From Thermodesulfobacteriota bacterium (lineage in GTDB: Bacteria > Desulfobacterota > WTBG01 > JAGOGO01), in contig CP113000.1 in the NCBI GenBank assembly GCA_026625185.1, positions 615,622 through 647,621 on the forward strand: 32,000 nucleotides of DNA. The letters are read 5' to 3'. Both the position numbers and the translations under genes were made by a program. Every line of letters starts with the position of its first letter. Position 1 is the stretch's first letter. Below the pieces are notes generated by a model that ran no database searches, was not told where the DNA came from, and saw only the letters and a program-made list of their open reading frames with translations. Of the stretch, positions 16,047-23,302 are shown piece after piece.

Positions 16047-17213
16047 ATGAAAATACTGATTGTGGACACTGATAAAATATTGCCAGGACCATCATATTCC
16101 GGAAGTTCGCTGGTTCGTTGGGGGCTAATAAAAGGATTGAAAAATCAGAATGTTGACGTTGGATTTTACTCAGCCAGTCCTGGTAGCAATGAGTTTGATA
16201 AATATGATGGTTCGGAGATTGCTTCTGAAATTGGGGTGAATCAAGTATGGTTAAGACAGCCAAACCCGAAATTTTCTAAGGAGGAAAGCGTACGCAAATT
16301 GCAGGGTCCCTTGGATGAATTTAGACCAGATGTTGTTCTTGCTTTAGGGATGGAATCTTTGGAGTTTGTTCGCAATACAAGATATCGAGGGAAAGTCGGA
16401 ATAGTATGGGTTGATTTAGAATTCCTCCCAAGCCTTTACCGAATTTATAATACATTTATTTACGGAGGTGCGTGTAAAGGAATAATAAAAGATCTCATTA
16501 AAACCTGGAATAGATATAGAAAGGTAATTAATATTTATCCTAAGGCTGACTTTATAATAAACCACGCTGCACATCACGCTGATTGGCATCGTCGAACGCA
16601 TGGAAAGAAAACTTTGTATGTTCCTAACCCAGTTCCACCCCTTTTTAAGGAAAATCCGCACAAAGAAGTCTCGAAGCCGGCACGTTTTATTTTGTTGGGT
16701 GGTCTGGGCAGTGTCTCAACAACGAGCGGTTTAGGGTGGTTTGCACGACATGTTTATCCGTTAATCGAACCAAACCTAATAAATGGTGAAATTGAAATTC
16801 ATCTTATAGGGCGGCACACGCTTAGAGCACCATTTGTAAACAAGATGCGACATCTTATCTATAGAGGATATGTGGAAGATTTGGTTATTGAAATGCTGAA
16901 GGCCACCGCATTATTGGTTCCTACGCCGATAACGATCGGGTTCAGAACGAGAATATTGGAGGCCTTTCGACATGGCGTTGCTGTCATTGCACATGAGGCA
17001 AATGCGGTAGGGATGCCGGAACTGAAACACGAACATAATGCCTTGGTTAGTAAAAAAGGCAAGGATTTTGCGGGTGCTATTCTCAGGCTCACCAATAAAC
17101 CTATTGATGCAATAACAATCGGGAACAATGGATTTAGTGATTTTTCTCGCCAACTGAATTCGGATTTCGTGGGCTCTAAAATCTTGGAATTCCTTGATAA
17201 AGAAGTCCTGTAG
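16047..17213 (+). CDS. GT-B fold glycosyltransferase (GT4-like)
   Basis: N-terminus MKILIVDTD...SGSS...L...G-x-V. The C-terminal part, LLVPTPITIGFRTRILEAFRHGVAVIAHEANAVGMPELKHEHNALV, matches the GT4 E-x7-E region. The gene is clearly AT-richer than its neighbours. The track start is TTG 16041; ATG 16047 is preferred. Confidence 0.7.
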   Translation: MKILIVDTDKILPGPSYSGSSLVRWGLIKGLKNQNVDVGFYSASPGSNEFDKYDGSEIASEIGVNQVWLRQPNPKFSKEESVRKLQGPLDEFRPDVVLALGMESLEFVRNTRYRGKVGIVWVDLEFLPSLYRIYNTFIYGGACKGIIKDLIKTWNRYRKVINIYPKADFIINHAAHHADWHRRTHGKKTLYVPNPVPPLFKENPHKEVSKPARFILLGGLGSVSTTSGLGWFARHVYPLIEPNLINGEIEIHLIGRHTLRAPFVNKMRHLIYRGYVEDLVIEMLKATALLVPTPITIGFRTRILEAFRHGVAVIAHEANAVGMPELKHEHNALVSKKGKDFAGAILRLTNKPIDAITIGNNGFSDFSRQLNSDFVGSKILEFLDKEVL

Positions 17214-17391
17214 GGCAACAAACATTGTAATTAGCCGTATTCACCATTTAACGTTATAAAAAAGTTAATATAAAAGAAAAATTACTATAAGGTAGTAACC
17301 TCACGATAGATCGTTAATTGGAGAGCGTGCGCTTTTTCACCACTATAGCCACGTCTACGGTTTTGTTTTGCGAAAATTAGAGGCATGACAC

Positions 17392-18042
17392 ATGGGAATA
17401 CGATCGATTGTCTTTGACTTTGACGGAACGCTTATCGATTCCAACCGTCTGAAATATGAAGCTTATTTCGAGCTTTTTACTGACCAGGGACACCAGGCAC
17501 AAATTATTCGCGAGGTCCTTTCCGAGAATTTTGAGCAAACCCGCTACGTAATCCTGGAAAAGATTGTTCGGCGGCTTGGGATCAAGGATCATACTTACAT
17601 GAAGAGTAGGGTCAGCAAGCTGGCCGAACAATACAACGACATTGTTGTAGCAGGCGCAAAGACGTGTCCCGAAAAAATTGGAGCAGAAAAAACACTCAAG
17701 AAATTAGCGGCGATCTATCGCCTTTATGTGAGTTCAACTACCCCTGAATCCAGTCTGAAAGAGATCATTCGATTCAGAAAATGGGATGGCTATTTTTGTG
17801 GGGTATTTGGCTATCCGCATAAAAAAACCGAGACTCTCCTGCGCATCATGGCGTTAGAAAAGCTGAGAAGCGATGAGGTGCTTGTGGTGGGCGATGGTGA
17901 ATCAGATAGGGAATCAGCAGTGAAAAATGCGTGTCCGTTCGTTCATGTGACGGAAGGGTTTAATCTCGAGCAGATTGATCAGATACTGGTGACCTATACA
18001 AAAAACGATACTCTTCTTCGGGTAGGAAAGGTGAGTAACTAA
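17392..18042 (+). CDS. HAD-superfamily phosphatase
   Basis: Motif I IVFDFDGTLIDS, motif II YVSSTT, motif IV VVGDGESD. The RBS gaggc lies 8 nt upstream. The stop overlaps the next gene's ATG by 1 nt (taATG at 18040-18044). Confidence 0.8.
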   Translation: MGIRSIVFDFDGTLIDSNRLKYEAYFELFTDQGHQAQIIREVLSENFEQTRYVILEKIVRRLGIKDHTYMKSRVSKLAEQYNDIVVAGAKTCPEKIGAEKTLKKLAAIYRLYVSSTTPESSLKEIIRFRKWDGYFCGVFGYPHKKTETLLRIMALEKLRSDEVLVVGDGESDRESAVKNACPFVHVTEGFNLEQIDQILVTYTKNDTLLRVGKVSN

Positions 18043-18773
18043 TGCTCAAAGAAAAAAGTATCTTGGTAGTGGTGCCGGCGCGCGGCGGCAGCAAGGGAGT
18101 GAAACTTAAAAATATCAGAACCATAAGCGGCGTGCCCCTTGTCGCCCTGGTGGGACAGGTGGTGAAAGAGCTTCCCTATGTGGACAGGGCGGTCGTGTCA
18201 ACCGACCATCCTGAGATAGCAGCGATTGCCCGAGGATCAGGTTTGGACGTTCCCTTCATGCGGCCGGAGCGCTTGTCCGGAGACATGGTAGACGATTGGT
18301 CTGTGCTGCACCATGCCTTGACTGAATGCGAGAAGATTGATAACCGCAGATACGACATTGTGTTAATGCTGCAACCAACGTCTCCCTTCCGCAAACCGCA
18401 CCATGTCACTGCAGCATTGGAAAAGCTCATCACGGGCGGATACGATGCCGTATGGACAGTGAGCGAGACCGACTCCAAGGCACATCCCTTAAAACAGCTC
18501 GTAATTCAAAAGGATATTTTGGATTTCTATGACCCGGCCGGCGCGAACATAATTGCCAGGCAGCAGCTTTTTCCCGTATACCATAAAAACGGCGTGGCCT
18601 ATGTCATGACCAGAGATTGCATTCTCAATAAGAAAAACATTAAGGGTGAACGGACATCTTTCGTGGTAATCGATGAATTTATGGTGAACATTGATACCGA
18701 GTTTGATTTCAAAATCGCCGAACTCGTCCTGCAGCAAAAGGACTACCCGGAAAGGGATTACAGAAATAGTTAA
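18042..18773 (+). CDS. CMP-nonulosonate (acylneuraminate-type) cytidylyltransferase, NeuA family
   Basis: VVVPARGGSKGVKLKNI...G-x-PL N-terminal P-loop-like motif, LQPTSPFR, and NGVAYV, all typical of CMP-NeuAc/CMP-Kdo-type synthetases. Confidence 0.85.
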   Translation: MLKEKSILVVVPARGGSKGVKLKNIRTISGVPLVALVGQVVKELPYVDRAVVSTDHPEIAAIARGSGLDVPFMRPERLSGDMVDDWSVLHHALTECEKIDNRRYDIVLMLQPTSPFRKPHHVTAALEKLITGGYDAVWTVSETDSKAHPLKQLVIQKDILDFYDPAGANIIARQQLFPVYHKNGVAYVMTRDCILNKKNIKGERTSFVVIDEFMVNIDTEFDFKIAELVLQQKDYPERDYRNS

Positions 18774-19319
18774 AGTTTTGTTACAGTTTTAATAACCGTG
18801 ATGCAGGTTTTATATCCCCCAAATTAACGTTTTATTTTTTTAAACTCCGCCTATAAAGGTGTTTTTATTTTCCAGCATATTTCAATTTTGTTGACTTTTT
18901 CCCACTCAAAAGTTAATAACAAATATAACTATTGAATTTAGCAAAGGGATATTTTGGGCATGATCGTGAGGAAAATGAATTGAATGAGTATAAAACAAGG
19001 CCGGATTGCCCATCACTAAGGTAATGGAATCCATAAAATGAAGGAATTTTGGCGAATGGGCAAAATACAGAAAAAATTATTCCCCCAAAAAAACAATCTG
19101 GATTTGTAGTTTAATAAAAACTCTATAATCATTGATGGGCTTTTCAATAAGGGCAATCATCTTATGGTGATAAAACAAATCCACGAATATCCCAAGTGAG
19201 CAAACCCCGAATATTGATGAACTTGGCCGTTTGCTGGAAACAACTGCGATAGGTGCTGACACGTTTCATAAATTGCCGGCAACACCAAAAAATCTCTTGA
19301 AATAAACTTAGGGTAATAG

Positions 19320-20855
19320 ATGAAAAATTTGACAAACCGTCAACCTCAAAGCCCCGGGCTTGGAGAAGTAATTAAGCGCATTGCTGATACAGATCCAGCG
19401 GCTCCGGCTATAGTGTCTTCAAAATATAATTCATTCTCCTATTCACAACTTGTTTGGCAGATCGAGCACGTTGCCGGTGCGCTGAGCCAATCAGGATTGA
19501 GAAATTCTGCCCGAATTGCTATTGCCGTGAAGGATGCCCCGCCGGCCGCATTGGCAATCGTAGCGGTTGCATGTTCAGCCGCGGCTATTCCCTTAGACCA
19601 GAACCTGGCAGCGGCAGAAATTGAAATGCGACTGAAACTTTTGGACGTGGATGCAGTGTGTGTGCTTGCCGGTGAAACAACTTTAACCAGAACTGTAGCT
19701 GAAAAGCACGGGATTGCCATTATCGAACTAATGCCGAAAGATAAGCGCGAACTTGCATTCTCAGTGTATGCCCCAAAAATTTCAACTAAAAATCAGATTG
19801 GTGATTCTGCCTTGGAAAGTGTGGCGGTCATTTTGCAAACCTCCGGAACTACCGCAGAGCCAAAATTAGCCCCCGGTCGTCATTCCGGTTTGTTGTTTTC
19901 CGCGGAACGCACTCGCAACTGGTTCAATCTCGATAAAAATGACCGATGCTTGAGTATTGCGCCACCCTACTTCAGTCATGGCCTGACCTTCACCATACTT
20001 GCGCCGCTTCTTTCGGGCGGCAGCGTGGCGTTTCCAGTGAGTCTAACCGAGGTAAATTTAACGGAATGGTTTGAGGAGCTAAAACCAACATGGTTTTCAG
20101 CCTCGCCGACAATGCAATTGGTGATTTCTGAAAAATTAGGCTTAACCACATCAGGCTTGAAGCATCACCTTCGATTTGCCGTTTCCGGTGGAGCACCCCT
20201 GCCGGAAAATGTGCGATCAAGTTTGCAAGAAGCGTTGGGGGTTCCTGTTCTTGCAGAGTATGGTATGACGGAAGCCAGTCAGGTTTCCGCAAATTTGCCT
20301 CAGCCGGGACTATATAAATCGGGCACCGTCGGGATTCCGCCCGCGGATACAGTGATTATAGTCGGGCCGAATGGTGAAAATTTGCCTCAAGGCGAAAAAG
20401 GCGAAATTTTAGTTCGTGGTCCAAATGTAATGACCGGGTATCTAAACGGCCCGGAGTTGAATAAAGCAGCTTTCTCACAGGGCTGTTTTCGGACCGGAGA
20501 CATTGGTAGTTTTGATGAAGATGGCTTTTTAATGATTCACGGCAGAATCAAGGAGCTCATCAACCGCGGAGGCGAAAAAATTTCACCATTCGAGATTGAA
20601 GCGGTCCTACTAAAACACCCGGATGTTTTGGAGGCTGTGGCTTTTGCGGTTGCACACCCGCGGTTGGGTGAGGATGTTGGAGCTGCGGTGGTGTTGCGCC
20701 CGAACGCAACAGTGGATGCTGGGGGATTTCGTCGATTTATGGGTGCACACCTTTCATGGAACAAAGTGCCCAGACGAGTCCATATTAGGGAAAGCATCCC
20801 CAAAGGACTGGGGGGAAAGGCGCTGCGCAAGAAACTCAGTGAGGAATATTCATGA
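19320..20855 (+). CDS. ANL-superfamily adenylating enzyme (acid-thiol ligase type)
   Basis: QTSGTTAEPK (A3), YGMTEA (A5), TGDIG (A7), GRIKELINRGGEKISPFEIE (A8), PKGLGGK (A10). Confidence 0.85.
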   Translation: MKNLTNRQPQSPGLGEVIKRIADTDPAAPAIVSSKYNSFSYSQLVWQIEHVAGALSQSGLRNSARIAIAVKDAPPAALAIVAVACSAAAIPLDQNLAAAEIEMRLKLLDVDAVCVLAGETTLTRTVAEKHGIAIIELMPKDKRELAFSVYAPKISTKNQIGDSALESVAVILQTSGTTAEPKLAPGRHSGLLFSAERTRNWFNLDKNDRCLSIAPPYFSHGLTFTILAPLLSGGSVAFPVSLTEVNLTEWFEELKPTWFSASPTMQLVISEKLGLTTSGLKHHLRFAVSGGAPLPENVRSSLQEALGVPVLAEYGMTEASQVSANLPQPGLYKSGTVGIPPADTVIIVGPNGENLPQGEKGEILVRGPNVMTGYLNGPELNKAAFSQGCFRTGDIGSFDEDGFLMIHGRIKELINRGGEKISPFEIEAVLLKHPDVLEAVAFAVAHPRLGEDVGAAVVLRPNATVDAGGFRRFMGAHLSWNKVPRRVHIRESIPKGLGGKALRKKLSEEYS

Positions 20856-21916
20856 CCAGCAATGAACAAGCAAATTTGAGTGATGTTGCCTTGGAAAAAG
20901 AACTTCTTGGAATGTGGCGACGTGAGCTCAAGGATGATAATTTGACTATTGACGACGACTTTTTTGAGTGTGGGGGTGATTCCTTGCTCGCAATAAAATT
21001 ATTGCTTGAGATCGAGCAGCTGACAGGCAAAACATTCCCACCCTCAATAATTTTTGAAACCGGTACTGTTCGGCAGTTGTTGGAGAGAGTTATAAAAACC
21101 GATAAAGCTCAACCTCAAGTGTCCGTCCTTGTAGGTCCTGAACAGGGGAAAATAATTCATTTCTTTCATGGCCGTTTCACTCGTGGCGGGGTTACGGTTA
21201 AAGTTTTCTCCAAAATGCTTGGCACTGATTATCGTATCCATGCGATGTCCCCCCATTTTCCTCATGAAGGGAAGTTGCCCAACTCGATAGAAGACATGGC
21301 AAAAGAAAGATTACAGAAAATCCTCGAAGCGCAGCCAAAGGGCCCCTATGTTCTGGTTGGACAGTGTAACGGCGCCTTGGTGGCGTTTGAAGCGGCAAGG
21401 ATCCTGGTTTCAATGGGTGAAGAAGTAAAAGCTGTGGTGATGGTGGATCCGGGCATAATGTCAGTCAGGAGGTCCGCGCAGTTCATTTTTATGGCTGCGG
21501 ACTTTTTTATGCGTCTCATGGTTATTCAAAAAAACCAGCGGCGTAAGCACTTGCTCTGGGTCTCTATCAAGCTCGCGCGCACGGACCGCTGGTGGCGTCG
21601 TGCACTATTTTTCTTTCGGAAAAAAGCGTCTCCAAAGCGATCATCGAAAAAAAAGCCCCACCTTCAAAAGCTTAGCCATGAATGGAAAGAACTCCAAAAT
21701 TTAAAACAGCATTACAACAATGCGTTACTTGACTATAAACCTCTTTCGTTGAATGTGCCCCTGTTATATATTGCACTAAGATTTAGCGGGTATGCGTGGC
21801 GGCGGATTACCAAGGACACTGTTTTTATAAATATATTCCGTGGGCGTCATAACCCCTGGGGCGAAACTTATGGCCCTTATCTCGCCAATAAGATACGGGA
21901 ATTTATTAATTTCTGA
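20852..21916 (+). CDS. carrier protein (PCP) fused to a thioesterase-like alpha/beta hydrolase domain with Cys at the nucleophile position
   Basis: FFECGGDSLLAIKL (Ser codon 20981-20983). IHFFHGRFTRGG is a TE-type N-terminal strand. The nucleophile elbow reads VGQCNGA (TGT at 21365-21367) where GxSxG is expected. The C-terminal FRGRHNPW is the candidate catalytic His. The ATG overlaps the ligase stop (ATGA 20852-20855). Confidence 0.7.
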   Translation: MTSNEQANLSDVALEKELLGMWRRELKDDNLTIDDDFFECGGDSLLAIKLLLEIEQLTGKTFPPSIIFETGTVRQLLERVIKTDKAQPQVSVLVGPEQGKIIHFFHGRFTRGGVTVKVFSKMLGTDYRIHAMSPHFPHEGKLPNSIEDMAKERLQKILEAQPKGPYVLVGQCNGALVAFEAARILVSMGEEVKAVVMVDPGIMSVRRSAQFIFMAADFFMRLMVIQKNQRRKHLLWVSIKLARTDRWWRRALFFFRKKASPKRSSKKKPHLQKLSHEWKELQNLKQHYNNALLDYKPLSLNVPLLYIALRFSGYAWRRITKDTVFINIFRGRHNPWGETYGPYLANKIREFINF

Positions 21917-22021
21917 TATATATATGAATAAAATATCAAACAATGCAGGGTACGATATCAGCCTGTCATGTGAAAAGACAGCAGCGTTAACTGTCGCTTC
22001 TAACTATTGAGTGTTTGTGCT

Positions 22022-23146
22022 ATGGAATCCAGGATGGTGGTAGTTCACGCGGATAATGATCCCATAAAGGGCATTGCCAAGCCGGGGACTCACCAGAGAT
22101 ACAAAAACCCCCGGATATCGGTGGAGAACCGAATCTTACCGGCACTCCGTCCGGACGAAGTTCGGGTAAAAATGGTTTACGCGGGCGTGTGCGGTACGGA
22201 CGTACATCTCGTGACCACGAATCCGGATACGGGCTATATCCGGTGTTCTTCTCCGGCTCAAATCCCCGCTGGAGGCCGGGTCATTGGCCATGAGGGAATC
22301 GGAAAAGTTCTTGAGGTCGGCTCTCATGTCCATCACGTTCAACCCGGCGCTTGCGTCACATTTGAGTCGATTATAGTTTGCCATTACTGCGAGGAGTGCC
22401 GGAGAGGAGACTTTAATCAATGCCGCCATGCTTTGCTGCTGGGACTGGAAAAAGACGGACTCTTCGGCGATATCGTTGACGTCCCCTCCATGCTTACCCA
22501 CGACGTGACCGAAATGGCAGAAAGCGAAAAAGGCCTGCGGGCAGCAGCCTGCGTGGAACCGGCCGGTGTCGCTTATGTGGCCTGCCAGAACACGCATCTG
22601 GGGGCCGGAGATGTGGTTGTTATTTTCGGCGCCGGCCCGATTGGTTTGTTTGCCGCCATGCTGAGCAAAGTTGTTTTCGGAGCTTACCGGGTGCACATAG
22701 TCGAGCCGCTTCCATTACGACGCAAGTTAGCAGAAAAATGGGGCGATGAGATCTACGAACTTGACGAATTTTTTAACCATGGTCCGTCCTCTATTGACGT
22801 TGTGATAGAGGCATCAGGAAACATGGGCAACATCAACAGGGTATTCCGCCGATTAAATGCCAACGGACGCGTCGCCATCCTCGGCAGGAGCGGTGAGCCT
22901 TTGTTATTGGAGGCAGTAGACCACATGATCACCAATGCGGTCTCTTTAATAGGGTCGAGAGGACATCTCGGCGGCGCATTTGCGAAGGTTTTGAGTTTGT
23001 GCCGCAATGGGCGCTTATCCATTGATGATGCGGTAACGCTCATCATCAATGGCCCGGAGGAAATCTGTAATCTTTTGAAATCGCCGGGAAAGGTTTTTGA
23101 AGAAAACTGCAAGGTCTTGGTTAAGTTTGAGGCCGACCGGCTTTGA
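22022..23146 (+). CDS. Zn-dependent medium-chain alcohol/polyol dehydrogenase (MDR family)
   Basis: GVCGTDVH, GHEGIG, structural-zinc loop CHYCEECRRGDFNQC, and the GAGPIGL Rossmann loop. ATG 22022 is preferred over the track's TTG 22007. Confidence 0.85.
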   Translation: MESRMVVVHADNDPIKGIAKPGTHQRYKNPRISVENRILPALRPDEVRVKMVYAGVCGTDVHLVTTNPDTGYIRCSSPAQIPAGGRVIGHEGIGKVLEVGSHVHHVQPGACVTFESIIVCHYCEECRRGDFNQCRHALLLGLEKDGLFGDIVDVPSMLTHDVTEMAESEKGLRAAACVEPAGVAYVACQNTHLGAGDVVVIFGAGPIGLFAAMLSKVVFGAYRVHIVEPLPLRRKLAEKWGDEIYELDEFFNHGPSSIDVVIEASGNMGNINRVFRRLNANGRVAILGRSGEPLLLEAVDHMITNAVSLIGSRGHLGGAFAKVLSLCRNGRLSIDDAVTLIINGPEEICNLLKSPGKVFEENCKVLVKFEADRL

Positions 23147-23302
23147 AAGCCGTTCGATAGAGAAAATTTCAATATCCAAAAAAACAAAAAAATGAATGCG
23201 CACCTGGTTGGCAAGCAGGTATTCAAAAAATTGAAAAATGACAATGGTGAATCATCCAAACCCGGCAACGTTATATATAAGCCACTCATAAAAGAATAAT
23301 CC

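Noticed and set aside
19077-19305. Possible coding remnant in the 546-nt gap before the second ligase: plus-frame NIDELGRLLETTAIGADTFHKLPATPKNLLK* (19174-19305) and the overlapping minus ORF 19077-19262
   Set aside because: The plus frame has no start codon. Neither frame has a motif I can recognise, and they overlap each other. This is possibly decayed coding DNA but is not supportable as a feature.
21950-22005. CTGTC...GACAG...CTGTC arrangement upstream of the ADH gene, considered as an attenuator-like alternative hairpin
   Set aside because: The stems are only 5 bp, there is no U-run and no leader peptide. This is within chance expectation.
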